From assembly GCA_043228905.1 (NCBI GenBank), contig JBHGNT010000021.1, positions 11,594,001 through 11,658,000 on the forward strand: a stretch of 64,000 bases of DNA, given 5' to 3'. The notes beneath the pieces were generated by a model, which searched no databases, had not been told where the DNA came from, and saw only the letters and a program-made list of their open reading frames with translations. How positions within the stretch are numbered: the stretch's first letter is position 1; each line of letters opens with the position of its first letter. The position numbers and the translations under genes were made by a program. Source of the DNA: Azolla caroliniana. Taxonomy: Eukaryota; Plantae; Polypodiophyta. This document shows, one piece after another, positions 1 through 11,203 of this stretch.

Positions 1-109
1 GTAATCCTCCCCTTCTTTACACTCTCGTTTAACCCTCACACTTATCCACATGTATAGAATACTACGTTAAATTCTCACCACGGGATATTATATAGTTATG
101 CCCATAACA
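1..109 (-). repeat. 3' LTR of element A (partial)
   Basis: Starts TGTTATGG on the minus strand directly after the PPT AGAGAGGGGGGCAGTA; homologous to 26694-26802. Confidence 0.9.
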
Positions 110-111
110 TA

Positions 112-935
112 CTGCCCCCCTCTCTAAAACATTGCACTCTTGCACTGGAAAGTTAGGGAAGTTAGTTCTAAGAGTATTTTTGCATTCCCATGTGGCATCT
201 TTGATAGATTTATCCATCCATTTAATTTTAAATTCACGGATTATTTTAGTACGTAGATTTTTTGTTATAACATCGAGAATTCTTTCTGGTACATGTCGTT
301 TAGAAGATAATTCTTCAGAAGTAACTAGAGTTTCAGTTGTAACTATATTGTCGCAAGAACCTAAAAGTTCTTTTAGATGACTTACATGAAAAATGGGATG
401 AATTTCAACGCCATCGGGAAGAGCGAGACGATAGGCTAATGAACCAATGCGTTTGAGGACTTGAAAAGGTTCACAAAACCATGGGGCTAACTTCGCGCAC
501 TTACCCGTACACAATGTCTTAGAATTGTGAGGTACACGTAAAAATACCTTCTGTCCAGGGTTGCATACACAAGGTTACCTATTATGATTGATGTAAAAAC
601 GCGCTCTATCTTGAGCTATTTCTATATTACCTCGTGCAATATACAACATACCTTGCATATCCCGAAGAAGGTTTTGCGTACTTCGCAACTCAACATGATG
701 AATATTAACATCAATTGGGGCACGTGGCTGAAAAACCATACATCAACATAAAACGACTATATCCCGTTGACGTATGCTTGGAGCTATTATAACCAAACTC
801 CAAAATTGGGAGATAACGTTCCCATTTTGCTGGTTTTGCACTAACGTATGCTCGAAGCATGTGCTCAATAATTTGATTTACTCGTTGTGTCTATCCATTG
901 GATTGAGGATGATCCGTTGAGCAGATGCTAAACGT
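112..935 (-). pseudogene. Element A integrase C-terminus and chromodomain
   Basis: KLAPWFCEPFQVLKRIGSLAYRLALP..IHPIFHVSHLK (GPY/F-type region), PERILD..FKIKW..DATWE chromodomain, STDHPQSNG. The frame continues at 11204 across the H insertion. Confidence 0.9.
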
Positions 936-2827
936 TGTCGTGATGTGGTGGGCTCGAGAGTAGGAAACCCCCCTTCTTTTTTTCCTATAAAAGGAGGTCG
1001 AGGGGGGCTCATTGGGGGGGACGTTTTGGGAGGAGGACACTATCGTCATTTTTCCTTCGGAGCTCTTCATCTTCTTCTTCACCACTTTGCTTCATCTCAT
1101 ACCCCGTCATCCTCTCATTGCCATGTGCTCGTCTTCTTTGCATTGGCACTCGAAGTGCTCGTTTACGGTGCTCGTGAGCCAGAGCTTCATTGGTTCGACA
1201 TTGCTTCGCCTCGTTCATTGTTGCAAACCCGTGTGCTCACCTCGCCGTTCGAGTGGTCGTGGTTCTTTGGGGTTGGCATTTTTGTGGTGGTCGTGTGTTC
1301 GTCTTCTTCGTCTTTGTCTTCGTCGTCTTCGTGCTCCGTGTTTGGATTTGCTCGTCTCTAAGGGCATTTAGTATTTATGTTTTGTGGAGCTTGTGGTTAA
1401 CTACAAGTTGCCACATTATAATCAAACCCTATTTTATAAAGGGCCCTCCTGCGTTGGAATTGAACACGTATTTATTTCTTTAGCCAATATCATTTGTTTT
1501 TTCTTTTTCTTTTTTTCTTTCTTTGTTCTCGTCCACTTGTACGTTCAGTCGTCTTGTGACGAGGGAGCATTTCGGGCGTGCCCATGCACCTCTCCTCATA
1601 AGGGCATACGAGCATTCTTGCGTGTGTTTGTGTCTTCCTTGTACGTTCGTTCGTCTTGTGACGAGGGAGCATTTCGGGCGTGCCCATGCACCTCGCCTCC
1701 TTATAAAGGCGTACGAGCATTTGTTTGTGTGCTTGTGTCTTCCTTGTACAATCGGTCGTCTTGTGACAAGGGAGCGTTTTGGGCGTGCCCATGCACTTCT
1801 CCTCCTCATAAAGGCGTACGAGCATTTTGTGCCTGTGTTCATGTCTTCATTGTATGTTCGCCCGTTTTGTGCTGAAGGAGCGTTTCGGGTGTGCCCATGC
1901 ACCTCTCCTCCTCATAAAGGTGTACGAGCATTCTTGTGTGTGTTTGTGTCTTCCTTGTACGTTCGGCCGTCTTGTGACGAGGGAGCATTTCGGGCGTACC
2001 CATGCACCTCTCCTCCCTATAAAGGCATACGAGCATTTGTGTGTGTGCTTGTGTCTTCCTTATACGTTCAGTCGTCTTGTGATGAGGGAGCGTTTCGAGC
2101 GTGCCCATGCACCTCTCCTCCTCATAAAGGCGTACGAGCATTTTCTGTATGTGTTTGTGTATTCCTTGTATGTTCGGTCGTCTTGTGACGAGGGAGCGTT
2201 TCGGGCGTGCCCATGCACCTCTCCTCCTCATAAAGGCGTACGAGCATTTGTGCATGTGTTTGTGTCTTCCTTGTACGTTCGGCCGTCTTGTGACAACGGA
2301 GTGTTTCGGGCGTGCCCATGCACCTCTCCTCCTCATAAAGACGTACGAGCATTTATGCGTGTATTCCTTGTACGTTCGGTCTTCTTGTGACGAGGGAGCG
2401 TTCGGGCTTGCCCATGCACCTCTCCTCCTCATAAAGGCGTACGAGCATTTGTGCGTGTGTTTTGTGTCTTCCTCGTACGTTCGACGTGTTGTGACAAGAG
2501 AGCGTTGGGGCGTGCCCATGCACCTCTCCTCTTGATAAAGACGTACGGGCATTCGTGTTTGTGTTATCGTCCCCTTGTGTGTTCATCTTGCGTGCTCATC
2601 TTTGCTTGTACTAGTTTGATCACTGTCTCGTGCGGTGATCTCGAAAACTCAACTAGTCGTGATCAACGAAAGCCACCGACGTCACAAAAGGGGCAACGAA
2701 CCCTTTCTTGGGAAGGGGTCGAGAAGTAGTATTGTTGTAAAGCAAACCTCAGGTCTTCTCTATCCCTTAAGTACTCCCTAGTCCAAGACCCTCGTGGTCC
2801 CGCCCAAGTAACACACGCGCGAGAAAC
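936..2827 (+). repeat. 5' LTR of H (last bases at 9216-9224, split by Copia G)
   Basis: TG start, TATAAAA near 987; distal part homologous to 10803-11203; the LTR ends TTGCAACA at 9224 just before the PBS. Confidence 0.85.
1537..2575. repeat. Tandem array of about 10 x 105 bp inside the H LTR
   Basis: Units start at about 1537, 1639, 1744, 1850, 1955, 2060, 2166, 2271, 2368 and 2473; core TTGTGACGAGGGAGCRTTTCGGGCGTGCCCATGCACCTCTCCTCCTCATAAAGGCGTACGAGCATT. Confidence 0.95.
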
Positions 2828-3064
2828 TGTTGAGCTAGCAAGCTCAACCGGATCCGGATCGGTTAAAGAAGCCTGAGCCGGATCGGCATCCGGAAGGATG
2901 AGCCGAATTGGTATCCGGAAACAACCGACCGGATCGGGGAGTCGGATTCAAGCGGGAATCGGAAGCCTAGTAGTAGCCTAGAGTACTAGGTAATCATTGT
3001 CTCGTAGTTAGTGTCAGTTGCATGTAGGAATATTGAAGTACTTCTTAGGAATATTGAATATTGA

Positions 3065-6000
3065 TGCGGATGGTCGAAGAAAACCACGCGAGTGGGTCAA
3101 GGATCACTCAATCGGACGACCGGATGTTGTACATGGATATAGATTGGCCCCACGAGCGTGGTGGACGAGGTGGGTCGGCATGCAGTGGAGGCAGCCGGCA
3201 AGAGCAAGACTAGAGGCACAAAGGTGGTGCCAACAACCGTTCCGGACCCTCCACAAGCAGGACGAGTCAAAGCGGCGTCGGGAACCAGCAAGGAAAGGTC
3301 GACACAGAATGTTGGTACTGTAGCAAAAAGGGCCACAGGGAAAGCGAGTGCTGGAAGAAGCGCACCGATTCAGACAAATTCGGATCCGGCAAACCCGGTC
3401 GGGAGAACCGACAAACCTCACACTACGTGGAAGGATCCAGAACTGGGAAAACCGGTAAATGGCTAGCCTTCGTGATGAAACACAAAGCTAACTCGATGAA
3501 GAAGACTACTTCCAAATCGGAGGAAGTATGGTACATTGATTCCGGAGCGTCCAATCACATGACGAGCCATGAAGAGTGGTTCTCTTTTTTGGAGAAGCCG
3601 GAACAACCAGGGAATGTCGAAACCAAAGTCGACACCCCTCGCCCGATTGTGCATGACGGAGAAGTCCCTTTAAGCCATGTCGGACAAAAGGGGAAGCTAA
3701 TGAACGTACTACACGTTCCGACTATCACAAAGAACCTGGTGTCAGTTGGACAAATCGTTGACCAGGGGATGCAGGTGCGGTTTATGCACCTAGGGTGCTT
3801 CATCGAGGAAGAAGGCCAGATAATTGCACAAGGGCACAGAGAAGGGAGGATGTTCATCCTCAACACTAATGACATCAGTACTTGCATGTTTGCCAAGTGA
3901 CAGAAGATTGAATCGGACATTGATCTCTGGCACAAGCGGATCAGCCACGTCAATTATTGGAGGCTTCAAGACCTGCAATCAAAAAAGTTGTGTTCAGATT
4001 GCCGAACCTCAGTGGCCGGAAGGCCGAAATTTGTGAAGCCTGCCAACTCGGGAAGCAACACCTGACGAAACCGGAGCTGTAACAAGCTCAACCTAATCCA
4101 TTCGGATGTATGGGGACTGACACAAAACGTTAGTCTTGGCGGGAGTCGATACTTCGTCTCCTTCATCGACGACTACCGCCGGCACCTCATTGAACGGAAG
4201 AGCGAAGTCTTTGAATGTTTCCGGAACTTTAAAAGCTTAGTTGAATGGGAAACGGAGAGGAAGGTCAAGTGCTTGCGGTTGATTGGTGGAAAAGAATACT
4301 TTTCCGGCCACTTTAGCAGTTATCTGCAGCAAAATGGAATTCGGAGAGAATTCAACTGCAGATAACGCCGTAGCAAAACGGTGTGGCCGAAAGGAAGAAC
4401 TGGTCGATTGTCGATGCAACAAGGGCAATCTTGGAGGAGAAGAGCATGCCCCAATTCTATTGGGCTGAGGCGGTCCAAACGACCGTCTACATCCTAAACC
4501 GGATCAGAGACAAGGTGTCATCACATGAGCTATATTTCGGGCGGAAGCCGAATTTGAGACACCTTCAGATATTCGGTAGCATAACATATGTGGATGTACC
4601 GGATGAGAAGTGGAGGAAGTTGGATCCGAAGTCGGAGAAGTGCATCCTGGTCGGCTACTCGCATGAGCAGAAGGGGTATAAGTGCTATAACCCCCGGACT
4701 AAGCAGGTCCGACTAAGCCGAGATGTCGAGTTTGATGAGACAACATCATGGTAATCCCTACCGACTCCAACTCCTGATGAAGACCTGATTCCGGAAGATG
4801 AGGCTAGTGAGCCCCAGGAGGTCCAAGCAGAAGATGAAGAACTCGTCCCTCTAGAAGAGAGTCCGATCTCATTCTAGCTAAGTGGACCGAATGAGCGGCT
4901 GAGTCGGGATGACTAGTCAGATGAGGAACCGGCGAGTAGTGGAAACTCTGTCATGCTCTCCCCGTGCAAGGAACCGAGGAGACAGTTCACGCGCAAAGAG
5001 AAAGGAAAGAAGAAGATGCCGGAATACGAAACCAGGAACGTTGAGTCGGATTGGAGCGAATTTGACTCTGGAAATGATGAAGGTAAATCTTCGGGAACGA
5101 AGTCTGAACCGGCCAAGAAGGGCCCTAAACCGGGTGATGACAAGTTACGCCGGTTCTCCCGCCAGAAGAACCCCGTTATGAGGTACGGGTACAATGAGTA
5201 CATGGCGCATCACTATGCGTACATGACCAAAGTGGTGGAAGTGCGTGAGCCGGAGAGCTACGTAGAAGCGGCAAAGGACGCAAATTGGGGTGTCGTTATG
5301 GAGGTAGAAATGTGTGCACTCGATGCCAACGACACATGGGACCTCGTTGATCCTCCCCGATATTGTAAACTGATTGGTTGCAAATGGGTGTACAAGGTAA
5401 AGTACAATGCTAACAGTTTGGTTAACCGGTACAAGGCCCGTTACTGGCGAAGGGATACGCACGGACCCACGGAATCGACTACGACGAGACCTTCCCTCGA
5501 GTAGTGAAGATGACGACTATTCGTGTGGTATTGGCGGATGTTGTGGCAAGGGGGTGGCATCTTCACCAGATGGACGTGAAGAATGCGTTTCTTCAAGGTA
5601 ACCTTGAAGAACTGGTCTATATGATCCAACCTCGCGGATTTCAGTCGGAGATGAACAAGTCGGCGATGTGCCAGCTTAAGAAGTTGCTTTATGGTCTGAA
5701 ACAAGCTCCCCGAGCTTGGAATGTGAAGATCACGCACCGGTTGCGTAAGATGGGGTTTGTGACCTGTAAATCTGACTCATCGTTGTTCATCTGGCAAGGT
5801 CCGGATTGTCTAGTTTGCATCCTACTCTATGTTGATGATTTACTCATCACCAGACCCGGCCTCAATGAAATTGTCTAAATAAAGTCCCAGTTGTCGGACG
5901 CATTTGAAATGAAGGACTTGGGGGACCTTCATTATTTTCTTGGGATCGAGGTGATCCAAACCCCCGACGGCATATTGCTCTCCCAACGACACTATGTGTT

Positions 6001-8782
6001 GAATATGCTATACAAGTTCGGCATGATGGAATGCCAACCTATCTCCACACCCCTGGACCGGAACCAGAAGCTTCGTCCCAACTCCAGACCAACCTGCGAT
6101 GAGAAATGGTTCCGACAAATTGTTGGAAGCCTCATATATCTATAAATACTCGACCTGACCTCAGTTACCCGGTCGGAGTGATCAGCCATTTCATGCAGAA
6201 GCCGTCTATTGAGCACCTTTAGTGCACACACCGGATACTCTAGTGTCATGAAGATCTGTCACTATGTGCGGATTGCGAGGCGGAACCACCGGGGTCCTGG
6301 ACCGGAAGGATTTGAAGTTTGCACTAGCTTTAGCGAGAAAGGGTTTTTAAGATAGATTGAGAGAGATTGAGATTAATATGAGATTTAAACGCTTGACTTT
6401 AGGTTGAGAGAGATTGATATGGCGAGAGAGAGATAGAGAGTGAGAGAGATAAGATCGAACTTTTAACTTTAGATTTGAGAGACAAGATATATCATCAATT
6501 GGATAACGAATTTCTTACTTTTAATTTTCTTGATTCATACATCGTTCCCTTTGATATTTTTCATCCACTCTTTTATAAATGCCCCCATGCATATGATGCA
6601 TGTGGGGCACAAGAGATGCATAAAATGCATGATACATGTTTGCTATTTGGCGCTCATGTGTTACATGTGAGGCGTGATAACCATGTCACTCATTTAAGCT
6701 CTCATATGAGAATATTCAAGTAAAACTATAATGCTAAAAATATAACTTTAAACAAATGATTTGGCTTAATAGTAAGCCTAATTGCTTCCTATCTTGGAGG
6801 TGCAAAGTTCAAGTCTTGCTTACACCTTTTTCTATTATGCACAAAAGACTATTGGACCAAATATCTTTAAGACACCATACACCACAATCAACCGATCCCT
6901 CCGATATGCATCCGTTTGGTCCGGCCTAATCCGCATCCCGATCCGGTTCGCGGTCACCGGCCGGTTGCTGGTTCTGTCAACTCACCGGCTTCGCCGCCGG
7001 TTTTGGTTGGTTAAAACCTTTACAAGTCTTGCTTACACCTTTTTCTATTATGCACAAAAGACTATTGGACCAAATATCTTTAAGACACCATACACCACAA
7101 TCAACCGATCCCTCCGATATGCATCCTTTGGTCCGGCCTAATCCGCATCCCGATCCGGTTCGCGGTCACCGGCCGGTTGCCGGTTCTGTCAACTCACCGG
7201 CTTCGCGCCGGTTTTGGTTGGTTAAAAGCTTTACAAGTAGCTAGGCCACACCCACTCATCCAATTAGCTTAGTTCAAGTCACCTTGAACTCTCTATGCTC
7301 CACACATAGACACAAGAATAATAGCTTTTGCTTTACCTTATATATGGTGAGATCCTTATTTGTCCTGTCTATGTGGGATATCTCACAGTTTTATCTTTCT
7401 CTTTTCCTTTGGAAACTTTCTACCCACATAACTTGAGACTTAAATGTCCGTTTCGTATGTAGTACAGTGCATTCGAAAGTGCTTAAAGACCTCCATCTTT
7501 TTGTACTAAGATATTAAACTAATTTAAAATAGTATTTTCACTATTATTGTTTTACATGATTCATACTCAATTTCGTATGTTTTATGCGATTTTCACACCA
7601 TTGCCGAAAATCTTCACGACACCGATATATGAGCGGCACGAAGAATCGAGGACTATTATACCAGCACAGTATAGTTGGGAAGCTAGTTGAATATACCAAT
7701 GCCAACTAGGTTGGTGATGGATCGGATCGCCGATCCACCTCCGGTTACGTGTTTTCTCTAGGTAGCACGGCTGTTGCGTGGAGCCGCAAGAAGCAACCAA
7801 TAGTGGCTCTGTCGAGCATTGAGGCTGAATACTAGGGCGCTACCAATGCCACCTGTGAAGCCATTTAGCTTCGGCAACTGCTGCAAGACCTGCGGATTGC
7901 GGTACCAACCCCAATCTTGATCTACTGTGACAACATGAGCAGCATTCAGCTTGCCAAGAACCCCGTGTTCCATGCTCGAACGAAGCACATAGAGGTCCAC
8001 TATCACTTTGTGCATGAGCGGGTTTTGAGCAATGAAGTTGAACTTTTGTATGTTTAGACGGATCGGCAGGTTGCCGATATCTTCACCAAACCGCTTGGAT
8101 CGAACAAGTTGCAACACTTCACCGAAATGCTTGGTTTTCAACATCTTGAAGTGCCGCACTTGAGGGGGAGAAAAGGAAAGGGAACATATGGCACCAGACA
8201 AGGAGCCAGAGAGGAAGAAAGAACCAACAAAGGGGGAGACAAGAAGAATAAGGAAGCCGAGTCAACGAAGGAAGTCGGCACATCCGAACAAGTTGGAACG
8301 ACCGACAGTGGCGGCAGAGTCAAGAAGGATAGAGCCGACGGAAAGAGAAGGCCAAGACCTGGACATGGTCTGATATGGTGAAGGGCCTGAAACCGGAAGA
8401 CGAGTTGGAGAGCACCGATTTAGACAAGAGTTGAAACGAATTGAAGGAAATGGATTCAGTTCAAGATTTGGAGAAGTTGAATCAACTAAAGGCCAAGCAG
8501 ACAGGGACGTAGTAGGAGTCGACGCCAACACGAAGGAACCGACGGGTCGACAAGCACCGGAGTCGCAGCAGCGAGGCAGCTGAAATGGGCATGCTGAGCA
8601 GACAAGCCGACCGGGGAGGTCGAGGCGCGCAATACCGGACGGGTCGCGGGAAGCGGAACCAGACCAGACGAGGAGCGCGAGCAAGGCGTGATGACGCTAG
8701 AAGGAGTCAGGTGGAAGGACCGGCTGCCACACAGACTAACACCATGATCCGACCTCAAGTTGAGCTTAAGGGGGAGTGTTGA
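3065..8782 (+). pseudogene. Copia G gag-pol remnant (zinc knuckle, PR, INT, RT, RH, tail)
   Basis: WYIDSGASNHMT protease, KLDPKSEKC, MDVKNAFLQG and LYVDD RT motifs; many stops and frameshifts; interrupted by the solo LTR at 6244-7621. Confidence 0.92.
6244..7621 (-). mobile_element. Solo LTR of the D Gypsy family inside G RT
   Basis: Termini TGTCATGAAGAT...ATCTTCACGACA; homologous to the LTRs at 37942 and 45746; flanks CTAG/CCGA, and removing 4 bp restores the host frame; internal 213-bp tandem duplication at 6810-7238. Confidence 0.9.
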
Positions 8783-9210
8783 GTGAGCAAGCTAAAACCG
8801 AATCCGGATCGGTTGAAGAAACTTGAGCCGGATCAACATTAAGAAGGATGAACTGGATCGGTATCCGGAAACAACCGGCCGGATCGGGGAGCCAGATTCG
8901 AGCAGGAACCGAAAGCCTAGTAGTAGCCTAGACTACTAGGTAATCATTGTCTTGTGGTTAGTGTCAGTCGCACGTAGCGATATTGAAGTACTTGTCAGTA
9001 CTTCTGTCAATCCTTTATGGACTTGTATAAATAGTGTTGTTTAGCACGTTGTATGTACAGAGTTTTAGAGTCATTTTTTGAATCTACGTTTAAGTTTTAC
9101 TCTCTCTGTGTCTCCCGTGTATTAAGCTTCTCCATTAAACCTTCATCTCACTCTCTGTTGCTATCTGGCTGAGCCGGTTTGTCTAACGCTTCCGCACGAT
9201 AACATTTACA
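8777..9210 (+). repeat. 3' LTR of Copia G
   Basis: Follows the PPT; its first ~215 bp match 2828-3043; ends TTTACA. Confidence 0.92.
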
Positions 9211-9229
9211 GAAACTTTGCAACATAAAT

Positions 9230-9246
9230 TGGTGAACCCGACGTGA
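9230..9246 (+). promoter_or_regulatory. Primer binding site for tRNA-Trp (element H)
   Basis: TGGTGAACCCGACGTGA is the reverse complement of the plant cytosolic tRNA-Trp 3' end (..TCACGTCGGGTTCACCA, recalled); 5 nt after the LTR end. Confidence 0.88.
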
Positions 9247-9269
9247 AAGGGCGGCAAGGGAGAACCCAA

Positions 9270-10795
9270 ATGCGAGGAGGAGAACTTGCTGAAGTGATGG
9301 CGGTAGCGGTGGACCGCTTAGTAAATGCCCGAGAAGGCATCACCGGCCTAGACCGGGCCATAGAGACGGTGGTCAGCACAACGGGTTAGTTCAATGGAAG
9401 AGATACCACAAGCTACTTAGATGCCTATAAGGCCGAAATGCTTATGCAAAATGTCCCCGAAGATAGGCGGCTAACCGGATTCGCTAAAGTGGTAACGCCG
9501 AGTATACCCGTAGAGGTACGTGAGTGTAAAGAATCAGTGGTGATTCTTGTGCAGGGAATAGACTAGAGATATGTGTTGTGAGTGTGTGTGTATGAGAGAG
9601 AGAGAGAGAGAGAGAGAAACACAAGATAGATAGATTTGAACAAGAGTAGAATACTCAAGACAATGTATATTACAAAGGAGATTAACCGAACTTATTACAA
9701 AGTAGGAGGAGAGTGCTTTATATAATCACTCTCTCTCTCTCTTCATTAACTACTGAAGCTCATGGGTCATGGGGAATGTGAAAGCTCATTAGTTATGTGT
9801 CATAGAATATGATTCTATGACACATAGTTAATGTGTGGATAAGAGTGGTGACTTTTGACCTTTGAGTGCACACTCTCAAGGGAGTGTTCACACACTAGAC
9901 TAGGTTGAGCTTGATTCTCAATAGCGAGATCCAAGAGGACTATTGCAATTGGGTGAAGTTCGAAGAAAGACTCCTCGAGAAGTATGGCCTTAATGACTCA
10001 CTCAGAATTTCAAAAAGGGATCTAATGGAGTGGGTTGAGCTTCCCGGGAAGGGGAGAAATACTATGGCACTTCTACAAGAATTTGAGAAGCGCTTCACAC
10101 GACTCCCGGCTCTCGAGTTGCACCTGACCTACCCACTCACCACCATACACTTCAAATGGATGGTGGATTTGGTTTCGATGCCAATGGGAGTGGGCCAAAT
10201 GAAATATTTGGTGCTAGCAAGAGAAGACCTAACAAACCAGGTAGAAGGGCGAGCCTTAGCAAACAAAACGACAACGAGGGTGTGTAAATTCTTACTTGAG
10301 GATGTCATCTGCCGGTACGGATGTGTGGGAAAGATAGTGGCCGACAGAGGAGAGTTGAACGCTCAGGAAGCTATAGAGCTCTTTGAACGACATGGAGTGA
10401 AGCTCTCTCTCACAACCTCCTATAACCCGGAGGCTAATGGAAAGATAGAACGCGGACATGGGCCTATCGTAAAACCCATTGTAAGAGCTTGTGATGGGCG
10501 ATTTGGGAACTGACCTCGGTTACTACCTTATGCCTTGTGGGAAGATAGAACAACTCATAGCTCAGTTACAAGTTTCATGCTAGCTAAACTCATGTACGGA
10601 CAAAAGCCGGTGATGCCCATTGAAGACAAGATTGCGTCATGGGTAGCGATGCCGTGGGAAAATGAGATGAGTCGAGAAGAGCTTCTAGCAACACGGATAA
10701 GGCAACTTGAGAGAAGACCCAAAGACTTGGAGTTGGCAAAGGAGAGGTTAGAAGCGGCTAGGCTAAGTAACAAAGCCCAGTTCAACAAGACCTCG
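9270..10795 (+). pseudogene. H gag N-terminus fused by deletion to integrase core
   Basis: MRGGELAEVMA..RLLEKYGL (homologous to 54112 onward), then LHLTYPL..FKWMVDLV..VADRGEL..YNPEANGKIERGH; PR, RT and RH are missing. Confidence 0.88.
9525..9923. mobile_element. Solo LTR (399 bp) of an unrelated family inserted in H gag
   Basis: Imperfect inverted termini TGTAAAGAATCA...TGATTCTCAATA; 5-bp TSD GTGAG (9520-9524) and GCGAG (9924-9928); gag resumes afterwards. Confidence 0.8.
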
Positions 10796-10802
10796 GAAGT
10801 AA

Positions 10803-11203
10803 CAAAGTGTACGAGCATTTATGCCTGTGTTTTGTGTCTTTCTCATACATTCGACGTCTTGTGACAAGGGAGCATTCGGGTGTGCCCATGCACCTCTCCT
10901 CATAAAGACATACTGTCATTCGTGTTTTTGTTATTGTCCCCTTGTGCTTTCATCTTGCATGCTCATCTTTGCTTGTACCTGTTTGATCACTGGCTCGTGC
11001 GGTGATCTTGAAAACTGGACTAGTCGTGATCAACGAAAGCCACTGGCCTTACAAAAGGGGCAACGAGCCAATGCTTGGGAATGGGTCGGGTAGTAGTATT
11101 TTCGTAAAGCAAACCTCAATTATTCTCTATCCCTTTAGTACTCCCTAGTTCAAGACCCCCATGGTCCCGCCCAAGTAACACACACATGCGAAACATTGCG
11201 ACA
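10803..11203 (+). repeat. Truncated 3' LTR of H
   Basis: Matches about 2430-2827 plus 9216-9224; the PPT and most of the LTR are deleted; left boundary approximate. Confidence 0.85.

Larger units (their letters stand above)
2828..9210 (+). mobile_element. Element G: degenerate short-LTR Ty1/Copia, TSD GAAAC
   Basis: GAAAC at 2823-2827 and 9211-9215; termini TGTTGAG...TTTACA; PPT AAGGGGGAG before 8777; the 3' half of the 5' LTR, the PBS and the gag N-terminus are deleted near 3045-3070. Confidence 0.95.
936..11203 (+). mobile_element. Element H: internally deleted tRNA-Trp-primed Gypsy element with 4-bp TSD ACGT
   Basis: Termini TGTCGTG...GCGACA; ACGT at 932-935 and 11204-11207; PBS at 9230-9246; gag joined directly to integrase near 10115; 3' LTR truncated. 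Confidence 0.9.

Noticed and set aside
1537-2575. CRISPR array or repeat-protein gene
   Set aside because: Whole units repeat with no unique spacers, there are no cas genes, and the array lies inside an LTR; the ORFs arise from the 105-bp period.
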